From Macrostomum lignano (taxonomy: Eukaryota), in assembly GCA_002269645.1 (NCBI GenBank), contig NIVC01003908.1:1-64000 (forward strand): DNA of 64,000 bases, in the 5' to 3' direction. The notes beneath the pieces were generated by a model that saw only the letters and a list, made by a program, of their open reading frames with translations, was not told where the DNA came from and made no database searches. This document shows positions 1 to 11,199 of the stretch, piece after piece; positions within the stretch are counted from its first letter, which is position 1; each line of letters begins with the position of its first letter. The position numbers were made by a program, and so were the translations under genes.

Positions 1-70
1 GTCAGTCCAGCAGCCTAGAGGCTGCCTTGAACACATGCGGGGCGTGAATCCCTGGGTCGGCTTGTGAGTC

Positions 71-761
71 AGTAGAAGCATGAGGGGCTTTGGGACAAAA
101 TTTTTCACCTCCTCCATAATCCACCTAAATCCATCTATATTATCCCCGACAGAATCAGAAAAAAAGGGGTCGCACTCGCTCACAAAACGTCCTCCATAAT
201 CCCATTAAATCCATCCATATTATCCCTGACAGAATCATGAAAAAGTGGAGGGGTCGCACTTGCTCCGAAAACTTCGAACATAATCGTATTAAATCCATCC
301 ATATTATCCTGACAGAACCAGTGCATAACAGATGTCCACTAACACCTGTTATGTTCATTGACACAGACATAATCCACCAACATCCACCCATAACATTTCT
401 AAACAATCAGAAATAATCTGCATTCTTCTCCCCACATTCAATTGCAACGCGAAACCACATCCCTAAGACTTTAAATCATCAGCGCAGGGTCCTTACCATT
501 GAAAAAAATCTAATTTTTCTCTAAAAATGTTTCCAGTTGTCTCTCCAGGTTTTATTACAAAACGCACGAGCCTAATTACAAGAGTAAGTACCGATGCAAA
601 CTTGAATGCAGCGAATACATGAGAAAATATATGGCCCGACGTTCAAATCAATGTCCCTAATATTAATCTAGCTCTCCAAAGACATTGGTTTCATAAGTAT
701 GGAGTAGTCATTAACGATTACGACAGCTACTATAACTTTGCAGAAATCATTAGGCAATTGT
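71..761 (+). repeat. Left terminal inverted repeat of element 1
   Basis: Reverse complement of 15211..15913. Contains about 3 internal copies of CCATAATCCCATTAAATCCATCCATATTATCCCYGACAGAATCA. Confidence 0.95.
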
Positions 762-763
762 AG
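527..763 (+). pseudogene. Frameshifted copy of the 79-aa TIR-encoded ORF
   Basis: ATGTTTCCAGTTGTC matches the start of 15209..15448, but small indels break the frame. Confidence 0.85.
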
Positions 764-927
764 TTGCCAACTACGAGTTGTACCTTGTAGAGTGTGGACG
801 TAAGTTCTAAAAATAAAACCCATGCCATGTGTTCCACACATGCTTTCCAATCTCTTTCCGCTTTGGCAACCCCAATCAACCATTAATAGAAAATCATACC
901 TATAAATAGAAAATCTGCAGGTTCCCC

Positions 928-1006
928 TTCTAGAATTCGAATTCTAGAATATTCTAGAACAAAAAGAGAATCCATGGATTCCCGAGCCCACACCAATGGT
1001 ATATAT
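928..1006 (+). promoter_or_regulatory. Heat-shock element cluster with CCAAT and TATA box
   Basis: TTCtaGAAtaTTCtaGAA at 942-959 is a 4-unit nGAAn inverted array. A further TTCtaGAA lies at 928-935, followed by CCAAT and TATATATA about 80-90 bp before the ATG at 1088. Confidence 0.75.
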
Positions 1007-1087
1007 ACAGCCGATTCACACCGCCCCTCGCCCCTGCTCCGCCCGACTCGCCCTGCCTCGCCTAGCCTCACCTTGCTCTCTTCTGTC

Positions 1088-1960
1088 ATGAATTCGAAGG
1101 TGAAACAGCAGCCGACAAAAATTATCGATACAATTAAAAGTATCAGTAGCAAAGACATCGCAAGCACGGCTGTCGCGATTGCCGCCATTAACGAAGAGAG
1201 CAGGCCTCACTGTTTGAATGCTTGCAAAAAATCGATCGTGAATCGTTGAAAAAAGAGAAATCCGACGAGGCCAAGCGCTCCAGTAATGACAAGGAGCGCC
1301 GAGAAGCACGCTTCATAGCGCGTCTAAAAGAGAGTCTCAAAAAATTAAAATGAGCAGATTGACATCAAGACGCGGTAAGTTTTTTTTGCTTATTCTATTA
1401 TTTGCAATCCTTGACTTGGTTAAAACGTGATTTAAATTACTTAAGGCTTTTATGATTTCTTGAAAGCGAAACATATTTTACATTATGATTCCATGTTATT
1501 GCTTTTTTTAGTTTCTACAACGCTAAAGCGTTATGCTTGGCCGATGTTCAAACGGATGTGGACGAATGTTGACGCAGTTCGCCAGTTTAGAGTCCTTCAT
1601 TGGGGACTTGGAGGTGCTCACCTGTCTGGCGAGAAAAAAGCAGGCGGAGATCCTCGCGTCTATTAAGACCCAAGGTCTCTCAACAGAAGGAGCCGCCAAG
1701 CGACTGGACATCGACCCAAGTTCGCCGAACGATTGTACACCTTCCATGGGTTCATCACGAAGTACCCGAATTTAGTCTTCTCCGGGTACTCGTTCGAGTC
1801 GCTGCTCACATACAAAAGAGCGATCGAGAAAGAGGCGGAGCAGGACGACAACTTCTGCTGCAAGTTGGAGACCGATATTACCATCGTGTTTCAAGGAGAG
1901 GACGAGGACGCCTTGCTGGAGGAGACTACGATGGAGTTGGAGACTGCATCAGTCGACTAA
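1088..1960 (+). pseudogene. Accessory gene of unknown function, probably spliced and frameshifted
   Basis: Consecutive ORF pieces in shifting frames. GTAAGT donor near 1375 and TTTTTTAG acceptor near 1510. C-terminal TKYPNLVFSGYSFESL resembles the KYPVL and HPILW segments of 52987..53610 and 60259..60894. Confidence 0.5.
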
Positions 1961-2352
1961 GCCAAGGATGAATAAACTAAGCAAATTGTAACGTAAAAAA
2001 TTTCATCCTGTTATTTTACCTTGAAAACTAGTTTACATTGATAAAATCCTGAAAAAAAATCCTGGAAAAAAATCCTGGAGATCCAGGAAAGTGTTTAGAA
2101 TTTTTTCGAAGCTAAGCCTACTCATAGTAGTTTTCAATGCAATAATAACTGAATGAATTAACTAAGCAAATTATTATATGTAACTTTGAACAACTTTGTA
2201 TTAATGTTTTTTTGCTTATAAACATAAAATAAAATATTTAACCAAGCTCTTCACTTATTAAAAATTAATATCGATGAGTCTTTTTTAAATCCTTCCCGAC
2301 TCAAGCGTCTCTCTCTACCCCCATATCTTTCAAAAGTCTTCCCATTTGTTTG

Positions 2353-2799
2353 TTAGGAGCGCACAAAATAAACCCCGCTCCTGAGCCTCCGCCTCTCTCC
2401 TCGTGCACCAGCCCTCTCTCCCTGTGCACCCGCCCTCGCCTTCAACCCCAACCCCAACTTTGTTTTACTAAAAATAACAGCTTTAACTAGCTTCCGAGCG
2501 ATCGACTCACGAAATCCGCTTGAAGCCCCTATATTGTCTAGTCTCTTAAGCATTTCTTTGTCCCAGCGATTCTTCTCCTCAGGAAAATCTCTATATTTAA
2601 CATCGTGCCACATGCAGACAGAGTCTAGCTCGTTCACAGGCTCATGCCCAGGATTTGGATTATCGTTTGTATCTAACTGTATTTCAAGTGGATTCAAAGG
2701 CCCGCAATATTTATAGCCGGGAAGTGTCCAGCCTTTGTTTGGATGAGGAAGCTTTTCTATCAGTCCATGTGAATCTAACTTACCACCAGAGTGTTGCAT
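2353..2799 (-). CDS. Parvovirus VP1u-like phospholipase A2 (PLA2X-type) protein
   Basis: WTLPGYKYCGP calcium-loop motif and CMWHDVKY catalytic HD motif. Confidence 0.9.
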   Translation of the reverse strand: MQHSGGKLDSHGLIEKLPHPNKGWTLPGYKYCGPLNPLEIQLDTNDNPNPGHEPVNELDSVCMWHDVKYRDFPEEKNRWDKEMLKRLDNIGASSGFRESIARKLVKAVIFSKTKLGLGLKARAGAQGERAGARGERRRLRSGVYFVRS

Positions 2800-2824
2800 T
2801 ATTTTATTTTAAATTTTTTAAAAA

Positions 2825-3830
2825 ATGACAGATCAGAAACTTAAAAAACTCTACTACAGCGACAAAGGATTCTTTGTAGGAAAAATGCAGTCACCAAACT
2901 CGCAGAACTAAGCAAGGAACCAAAAGCTAGAGTAGAAAAGTGGCTCTCTAAGCAGGCTGTCTTTCAAGTCTATTTCCCACCAGTAAAATTTACAAGACCT
3001 CGCTTTAGCATCTATAAACCTAATGAAGCGCACCAAGCAGATCTTTTGTTTCTCCCCAATGACTCGGGCTACAAGTATGCTCTCACAATTACAGACGTTG
3101 CTTCCAGATATAAGGAAGCTCGCCCACTCAAGACGAAGAAGTCAGAGGTTGTTGCCAGCGCACTGCAAGATATTTATAAAAACTCACCCCTTAGTTACCC
3201 TGAAATGTTCATGACCGACCCGGGTAAGGAATTCATGGTGCAGTGAAATCCCTTATGGAAAAGCACAATACAGAGATTCGCTATGGCAGAACAAACTTGC
3301 ACAGAGACCAAGCGTACGTTGAGAGATTCAATCTAACTCTAGCCAAGAGGCTATTCACTAAGCAGACAGCTGAGAGCTGAAACTAAAAAGTGGTCAGTAC
3401 TATTCAAAATGGACAGACCGGCTCCCCACTGTTATAGAGCAACTGAACAATGAAGTCACACGTATGACTGGATTGAAACCGTCCCATGCAATTAAACAAG
3501 ACACTGTCGAACTTAAGTCATCTTAAAACAGACAACAACACGACAACCCCACACAACACACACAACACAAAACACACCTCGAACTACCCTAAGCTTCCAG
3601 GAGTTGAATCACCATACATACTGACAAACTCTGAGTTTCTACGCTTTTTATATCTACCTGGAGAGCTAGAGAAAGACAAACCAAAAGAAGAGCTACAGAT
3701 CCATACTTCAGCCTTGATGTACATAAAATAGACAGACATTTTACCTCCGACTCCAGTGACTATTACTTTTTATCTCAGGCCTTTAACCCTAAATCCCCCA
3801 CACGGTCATTCACTAGAGCTGAACTCCTAG
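2825..3830 (+). pseudogene. Retroviral-like (rve) integrase, multiple frameshifts
   Basis: YKYALTITDVASRYKEARPLK, TDPGKEF and downstream ERFN-type motifs spread over different frames. Confidence 0.9.
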
Positions 3831-3875
3831 TGATACCAGCTGACACGGAAATTAATTAAAATATTAAAATAAAAA

Positions 3876-4283
3876 ATGACAAAGATTGAAACCAGAACCA
3901 TCAATAAACTCAATAAAATCATTGAATCAAAGAAACCAGGTCTTATTTCAATTAAAGGTATCAAAGTTAAGGTCGATCCCACACAGCAAATAGTTGAGTG
4001 TAATGAGCAAAGACACAGTATCACAGATGAAAAGTCAGGAGGAATCCTACCATTAGCAGCTCTTATTCCGATCATTGCAGGCGCTGTAAGTGCCGCAGGT
4101 GGTGTAGCTGGAGGTGTAGCAACTGCTGTTAAAGCTGGTAATGATAGAGCCCACCAGCTAGAATTGCAAAAGATTGCAAGAGACAAAGGTATAATAATTA
4201 AGGCAGGAGATGGTTGCCCTGATTGTGATGATTGTGAGCATGAAAATTCTGTAAGCAAGTCTGACATTGTCAAAGCATCATGA
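3876..4283 (+). CDS. Putative core protein with adenovirus pX-like hydrophobic segment
   Basis: SGG-ILPLAALIPIIAGAV resembles adenovirus pX GGFLPALIPIIAAAIG. Basic N-terminal half. Confidence 0.6.
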   Translation: MTKIETRTINKLNKIIESKKPGLISIKGIKVKVDPTQQIVECNEQRHSITDEKSGGILPLAALIPIIAGAVSAAGGVAGGVATAVKAGNDRAHQLELQKIARDKGIIIKAGDGCPDCDDCEHENSVSKSDIVKAS

Positions 4284-4444
4284 CACTGCACAATGCTGGG
4301 TTTACAATAATGCGCATGTGATGAGGTTTAAAACCCCACTTTATCCAGCTTCATAAACCTAACGCTACTGATAGGATGTAGAAACAGTTCAACTTTTCTA
4401 TCAGGGTGGTCACCCTCAAAAATTTTTTTATTTTAGAGAAAAAA

Positions 4445-7400
4445 ATGCCAAAAGCTAATCCAGCAAAAGATTTAGTCAACAAATATTTTTCAAAAGGCGT
4501 CTCATTTCAAGACAAAAGTAATTTACTAAGAGAAGCATGTAAACAAAAGTTTAACACCGACCCTGGTCACCTGGGAAGCTATGAAAAACAGTTGGAAATC
4601 ATCAATCAATTAGAATCCAACCAGTATGCGCCTATAAAAAATCCTGCAAAGGAACACCAAGAGAGGAGTCGCAACTTAGTTAACAAATACGAAACTCTCA
4701 CTGGTGAAAAAGCAAAGTACCCACAAAATAAGCAGGAACAAGAGAAATTAGAGCAATTAATCCATTTAAAAGAGTCGGAGCTTGCCATTGAAGAGATTAA
4801 TTTTGCACAGAGGAAGTTTACAGAACATTACATAGAGTACACAATCCCAATTAAGGATACCACCGCAAACATCTACGACTATAAAGACAGCATCCAATCA
4901 GTTGTTGATCACACACTCAAAACACGCAAGACCTTTAAACTACAGATATCATTCAAGATTGCGTTTTATATGCCTGCAAAACCCACTGAGCATCTCGAGT
5001 ATTACATGACAACAAAAATCGAAGCCATTCACCCCTACTGACACACTGGATCCTTTCCTTCAAGATGTCACTAAGAAAATTGAAGCGTTTACATCCAGAG
5101 GTTCCGGATGGGTCGTGGGAGGGATTCAAAGAGCGACTGTCATGGTCATGAAATATGACCCACTTAAAGCCTCCTCTTATATAGAGCTCCCGCATAAGCT
5201 AGCCGGCAAAAAAGCTTGCATAAATGTTAAAAATAAAGACAATTGCTGTGCTCTATGGGCAGTTCTTCTGCACTTCTTCATGATAGTGTCCCTCACCACC
5301 CCGAAAGAACCTCAATTATCAAAATTATTTCAACTACTATCTCATCGAATGCGAAAAGAAGGGAATCAGGTTTGACAAAGGAGGCTTGGCGATTCTCAGA
5401 TCCCAAAGCTAGAAGAAGTGTTTAATAACAAAATTAGAATCACAGTCTTTGAGTGGAGTGAAAAAACTGAGAAGTTCAACTGGTCAGATGTAGCAAAGAC
5501 GTTTTAGATCCCGAGGGGAAAAGGCGGACTGAAGTGGATCTTCTAGTGATTGGTAATTTACTAGAGGAGGCTCACTATGTTTGGATTAAAGATCTTTCAA
5601 GACTCATTCACAAGCAGTTGAATAATCATCACGAGGCTGTTGCCATCTGCCGCTTGTGCCTTAAGCATTACAGTGGACCTGAACGCTTTGAAAAACTAAC
5701 AGAGCATGAATTATCATGCGAGGATCACCCAACAAACTGCTCTCTTCCTTCAGCTGAAGAGAAATATCTCCGGTTTAAGAACTATCACAAGATGGAGAAG
5801 CTCCCATTTGTTGTATATGCTGATTTCGAATGCTCAATCATGCCAGAAACTCAAAAACATGTCCCCAATTCAGTAGCATATGCCTTTATTAATACAAAAG
5901 GACTTGTTGAGTATAATTATTTCTTTGGAGAGCAGTGTGTGGAGCAGTTTATTGCCAGAATGTTAGAGTTGCAAAGAGTGATTAGCACCCTTCAACCTGT
6001 TCCAATAATGATGACTGAGGAGGATGAAAGTTTTCCTATCAGCAACTCATTGCCACATCTGCAGGAAACATTTAACTTGCACTAATATTAAAAACCCACC
6101 GTTAGGGACCACTGCCACTTTACTGGGAAATTTAGAGGTGCAGCGCATAACACCTGTAATCTAAAGCTAAAATCGAACATTCATGATCTAACGATATTTT
6201 GTCACAACGCAAAGAACTATGACATGCATTTAATAGTTGAAAAAATCGGCATGATTCCAGACATACACCTTGATGCATCGCAGAGAACAAGGAGAAGTTT
6301 AAGTGTGTTGATATTAAACAGGATAATTCGGGTAAAGGTAAAATAAGACTGAAGGATTCATATCAATTTCTAGCTGCCAGTCTAGACGAACTAAGCAAGA
6401 ATCTAAAAGATGAACAATGTACATATACAAAGATGTTTGCAAGTAAAATTTGATGAATCATTTAAACTCCTGAGAACCAAAGGCTTCTACCCCTATGAAA
6501 ATATTACTGGGTATCACGTATTTAAGAAGGTTTACCACCACAGGAGAAGTTCTTTTCAAAGCTAACAGACTCTGGAATCTCTGACAAAGACTATGAGCAC
6601 GCGAAGCATGTATATAATTTCTTTAATTGTCAAAACTTCTTCCAGTATCACCTGCTTTACCTCTACACAGATGTGTTTCTGCTGGCTGATGTGTTTGAAA
6701 CCTTCAGATACACCTGGTACACAGCATATGGCCTCGATCCTGCACATTATGTGTCTCTCCCTGCCACTAGCTGGGAATCTTTGCTTAAAATGAAATGGGA
6801 TCAAGATCCAGATTGGTACATTGAACTTCTTACAGACATTGACATGTACAATTTTGTCGAATCGTCAAAGCGAGGGGGAATCTCAATTTGCGTTAACAGG
6901 TATGCAAAAGCAAACAATCCCTACATTGAATCTTACAATAAGGAGCAGCCCTCAAACTACATTACTTACTTGGACGCTAATAATCTCTACGGTGGGCGAT
7001 GAGTCAAGATCTTCCAGTTAGAGATTTTCGATGGCTACCCTCATCAGAATTCAAACGGGACTTTTCATTGGCTGCCATTTATGAGTTGATGTTTACATTC
7101 CACCAGAGCTTCACGACTATTTCTCTGACTTTCCACCCTTCCCAGAGAACATCAAGTGCCCGAAAATAATCGAAACTCCCAATGATAATAATGGAACTTG
7201 GCACCTGTCAGGAACAGAAAAAGAACATACAGAGAAACTAACACAGAATCTAAACAACAAGACACGTTACAAAATCCATTACAAACTGCTTCAGTATTTT
7301 ATCTCACTTGGTTGCAGGGTCACCATAGTTCACAGGCTCTTACATTTACAGAGGAAGCGTGGATGAAACCCTACATTGATAAGAACACCCAGTTTAGGAC

Positions 7401-8245
7401 CAAAGCAACCAACGACTTTGACAAGAACCTCTTTAAGTTAGGCCAACAACTCTGTCTATGGCAAGACTCTTGAGAATGAGCGGAAAAGAACAAACCTGAA
7501 ACTTGTTACCTCATCAGAGCCTGCTGTTATTCAGGCAAATATGTCAAAGCCAACATTCAAAGAACTCCATATCTTTAATAGCTATTTAGGTGTGATCATA
7601 TTTTACAAAACCAAGGTGACGCTGCGCAAGCCGATCTATACAGGTGTCACTGTTCTCGACGAATCAAAACGTCTGATGTACCAGTTCTTCTATGGCATGA
7701 AGCAGCAGTACAAGGATAAAATGAAACTCTTGTACACTGACACAGACAGTTTTATTATGGACATTCAAACAGAAGACATTTATCAGGACATGCTGCAGCA
7801 AAAAGATTTGTTTGACTTGTCTGAGTATGATGAATCTTTCAGGACACAGAATGGCGATCAAGTGTTTGACGCTACTAACAAGAAAGTGATTGGGAAAATG
7901 AAGGACGAGATTGCTGGTGACATAATCACTGAATTCATTGGGTTGAGAGCAAAGTCCTATTTTGTAAAATGTGAGTCGTCAGACCCAATTAAAAAATCAA
8001 AGGGAATTCCGAAACGTGTGGTTAGGAAGGAACTTAATGAAGCTGAATACAGAGACGCCTTAAATTGTAACAAAAAGACATCTCATGAGTTCTCAAAGCT
8101 ACAATCTAAAAACCACATTATTCACACAATTCAGCAAAAGAAGATTGGACTGTCAGGTGCAGATAACAAGAGATTCATTTTTGATGACAACATTAACAGT
8201 CTACCGTTCGGGCACTGGAGATTAGGTTTAGGAGATTGGGTTTAG
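4445..8245 (+). pseudogene. Protein-primed family B DNA polymerase (pPolB), frameshifted into about 7 pieces
   Basis: INVKNKDNCC, PFVVYADFEC, RDHCH-TGKFRGAAH, RGGIS, YLDANNLYG, LLYTDTDSF, IGKMKDE and EFIGLRAKSY motifs in the expected order. Confidence 0.95.
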
Positions 8246-8319
8246 GAGGTTGAGGTTGGGTTTAGGAGGTGGAGATTGGGTTTAGGTTTAAGAGAAAGTT
8301 TAATAAACCTCATAAAAAA

Positions 8320-8720
8320 ATGACGACAAATAACTTTCTTGAAGATTTGGCTAACGAACTGGAAATCCCAAACTTTAGAGGAATATTTATGAGGGACACT
8401 CTGCCTGATTTTCCTCTAAGAAAAGAATGCGGCATCATGAACTTTGACACTACCGATAAGCCAGGATCTCATTGGGTTTGCTGGGTGATTGATCCCGATC
8501 GCAAGCACAAGTGTTATTACTTCGATAGCTATGGGACGGCAGTACCAGAAGAGCTAAGAAATTATATGAAGGGAAAAAATAATCAAAAATTTATCGCTCA
8601 GACTTTATTCTCCAAGGTCTTAGCAGTGATATTTGCGGTGAGCTGTGCATGACTGTTTTGTATGCAATGACCAAAACACGAAAGACCTACAAGGAAATTA
8701 TTCTTGGCTGTGTTTCATAG
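8320..8720 (+). pseudogene. Adenain-like cysteine protease, one frameshift before the catalytic Cys
   Basis: GIMNFDTTDKPGSHWVCW and YYFDSYG. LQGLSSDICG follows in another frame near 8600-8650. Confidence 0.88.
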
Positions 8721-8724
8721 GGGT

Positions 8725-9441
8725 TCATTGTGCATTCCTCGTTGTACTTCTCGTTGTCCTTCTTTCCACATAATGTTGAAGAACTTTCTCGAGTTCATTT
8801 CTCAGCTGACTCATGTCATCAGTACCGACCATGTTCAAATTCATTCGAATTGATTGTTCATAAAGATCCTGAATGGTTTTGAACTCATCCTCTGAAATGA
8901 ACTTATCCTCGATTGCCCTTGAAATGTACCCTATGATTGAAGTGTGCACTCCTTTCTCTTTTACTTGCTTCTCCTGTAGCTGCTTTAGTTTTTTTCGCCT
9001 GTTTCGCGCTAATGCTCCAGTAATTGCTGAAATAAGTCCACATGCAGCACCCACTGAACCAAGTGGAATTGCGATTGGGGCTGTGATGGCTGGCAACACT
9101 GAGACAGCTGCAGCAGACCCAGTTAGAACAGACACAGATCCTAGAATCATATTGCTGTAGTCGAAAAATTTACAGTGGCTGTCATAGCGCTTAATTTTCT
9201 TTGTGTTGTGGAAAATATTTTTTTCAAGATCATCACGCATTTTTTGAATCTCCACCAGTCGAAACTGCTGAGAGTTACAAGTAATGACGGGGTAGAGTTT
9301 TTGTTGCTCATATTGGGGTGCATTCAGATTCGGTGCATTCAGGCTTTGTGTGTTCGAATTCGGTGCCATTGAGTTTGGTGCTGTCGGTATTTTAGGTTCA
9401 ACGTATTGAGACTGATCGTATAGAGAATTTTGTTGGGCCAT
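8725..9441 (-). CDS. Putative membrane-active virion protein (GasderminX-like Polinton family)
   Basis: FRLVEI coiled coil, then a Gly/Ala-rich hydrophobic hairpin, a basic stretch, and ISRAIEDKFISEDEF. Likely start MAQQ follows an A-run. Confidence 0.65.
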   Translation of the reverse strand: MAQQNSLYDQSQYVEPKIPTAPNSMAPNSNTQSLNAPNLNAPQYEQQKLYPVITCNSQQFRLVEIQKMRDDLEKNIFHNTKKIKRYDSHCKFFDYSNMILGSVSVLTGSAAAVSVLPAITAPIAIPLGSVGAACGLISAITGALARNRRKKLKQLQEKQVKEKGVHTSIIGYISRAIEDKFISEDEFKTIQDLYEQSIRMNLNMVGTDDMSQLRNELEKVLQHYVERRTTRSTTRNAQ

Positions 9442-9535
9442 TTTTTTCTCTAGAAAAAATAATAAAAAAATTATAAAACTATCCGGTTGAAAGATCTGTT
9501 TTCTTTTTGATAATTCCATCTGCACCGCCGGTTGT

Positions 9536-10345
9536 CTAGGCGGCTCTCGTGACGCCGGAGGATCGCGAGTCCAGCAGGCAGCGGCTGGGCGGCTGACGTT
9601 TGAGAGCGTGCCGGATTACTCCGGCGGGGTCCAGAGCTCCTTCTACTCGATCTGTAGACATGACCGGACGAGCAGCAGATTCTGCTTCATCAATAGCAAT
9701 ATCACGAAGATTGAGTGTTCTCTCCAGACGATTAAGCCTCCTTAGTATTTTACCCCAGGAGCTATACATTCCGTTTAGATAGCTACTGTGTGATACATCC
9801 TTTCTCTTTAATGCTTCAAGTCTTTCTTTGATTCGATCATGCAACGATGTTGACTGAGTCATGAACTCTTCTAAATTCCTCACTTTACCTGTGTTGGTTG
9901 CGACGTTTTCTTTAATTCTATCATGCAACGCTGTTGACTGGTTCATGAACTCTTCTAAATTATTTACTTTAGCTGTGTTTGTGAAAACTCCTCCTTCGAG
10001 AATACGCATCCGTCTATCAGTGGAATTTCCCAGAAGATTAACTGATGATCTCAAGCCGTTGATTAGCGAGGCTATCGAAGTTATTTCTGACCTTAGTTCA
10101 TTAGTTGCGTTTAACAACGGCGCATAAAGCTTATCACTTTCAAACTTCTGCCTAGCTACTTTAAGCCTGAGATCTTCCATGTTGATTTGCAACTGGTGCA
10201 TGGAGCGCTCTAGGGCTTTCAGTCTGTTTTTATTCAGTTTGATCTCTGGGATCTCTTCATCAATGTTAATGTAGCGCTTGTCAAGGAAGGAAGTTGTGAG
10301 AGTGCTGTTGCCTGTAGTTGACTCACCTGCAAAGTTTATCGACAT
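9536..10345 (-). CDS. Coiled-coil protein, candidate fibre/spike
   Basis: 269-aa ORF with heptad pattern and a 28-aa tandem repeat (TNTAKVNNLEEFMNQSTALHDRIKENVA). Confidence 0.55.
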   Translation of the reverse strand: MSINFAGESTTGNSTLTTSFLDKRYINIDEEIPEIKLNKNRLKALERSMHQLQINMEDLRLKVARQKFESDKLYAPLLNATNELRSEITSIASLINGLRSSVNLLGNSTDRRMRILEGGVFTNTAKVNNLEEFMNQSTALHDRIKENVATNTGKVRNLEEFMTQSTSLHDRIKERLEALKRKDVSHSSYLNGMYSSWGKILRRLNRLERTLNLRDIAIDEAESAARPVMSTDRVEGALDPAGVIRHALKRQPPSRCLLDSRSSGVTRAA

Positions 10346-10361
10346 CTTTTAATAGCAAATT

Positions 10362-11162
10362 TTAAATTACAGTTCTTTTTTCTTTGCTGATAATCACAAA
10401 CTGGTAAGGCTGATTCCACTTGTCATAGCAAAGATTAACGAATTCCTCTTGTGAAATCTTTCTGCTTGAGTTTTTTGTTGGATTTATGAAATAGGCAGGC
10501 GCAATGACCTCATTGTAAAATCTTTTTAACCTGTCCTGTGGAATGGTTGGAAACAGGAGAATCAGATTGCAGTTCCCACGAATTGTTTTGTTCGGGAGCT
10601 CGAACCAATTCTGTGCAATGTAAATTACATTGCAATTGTTATGTCGCCCTCTTGTAAAATAGTTTTCTATCTGCTTCTGTGGGCCTGTCATACAATCATC
10701 AAAGACGATCAAATGCTTTCTCCCCTTTTCTAGCTCATCTGGTTGGGGTAGAAGTTTGGTCTTTGGATCAGCCTGTGGATCTCCATAGGTGAACACTTTA
10801 ATGTTCTGCCATTTTTCATTGTCTTTGAGGTGCTTTGCATATTCAGCAGCTACAATTTCAGGGTTACTGGGAAGGCTCATTTGGTTATTAAAACATGCAA
10901 TAATGTCCTCTTTGTGCAGTTTGTTTTGCAATCCAGAAATCAACATTTTATACTCATCTTGATACAGTGTGGGAGAGTAGATGTGCAGAGTGTCATAGTC
11001 GATAAAGCCAGGTCTAAGAAGCATGTTAAAGACTCTGAATGTTTTACCTGAACCTGATGAACCAACAACAATGCATCTGAAGTGACTCGGAATTGACTCG
11101 TGATGAGAAAACTTAATCTGATTACGCGTCCAGTGAGGATTGAAGTCGTTTGAAAAGTCCAT
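10362..11162 (-). CDS. A32/FtsK-HerA packaging ATPase
   Basis: Walker A VGSSGSGKT, Walker B LIVFDD, FTRGRHNNCNVIYIAQ. True start taken as MDFS. Confidence 0.93.
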   Translation of the reverse strand: MDFSNDFNPHWTRNQIKFSHHESIPSHFRCIVVGSSGSGKTFRVFNMLLRPGFIDYDTLHIYSPTLYQDEYKMLISGLQNKLHKEDIIACFNNQMSLPSNPEIVAAEYAKHLKDNEKWQNIKVFTYGDPQADPKTKLLPQPDELEKGRKHLIVFDDCMTGPQKQIENYFTRGRHNNCNVIYIAQNWFELPNKTIRGNCNLILLFPTIPQDRLKRFYNEVIAPAYFINPTKNSSRKISQEEFVNLCYDKWNQPYQFVIISKEKRTVI

Positions 11163-11199
11163 TTTTTCTATGATGAAAAAAAATTTAAATAATAAATAA

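Noticed and set aside
155-406. ORFs such as MFRNVMGG/MWGEEC in the TIRs (also 15540, 49102, 54490)
   Set aside because: They arise from TIR internal repeats and their frames differ between copies.
5700-5730. LxCxE Rb-binding motif
   Set aside because: The sequence is LSCED (LxCxD) within the polymerase zinc-binding region. No true LxCxE noticed in accessory ORFs.
8215-8292. Telomere-like or G-quadruplex repeats (GGTTTAGG) at the pPolB 3' end
   Set aside because: Short, irregular and not a canonical telomere unit. Best treated as local slippage.
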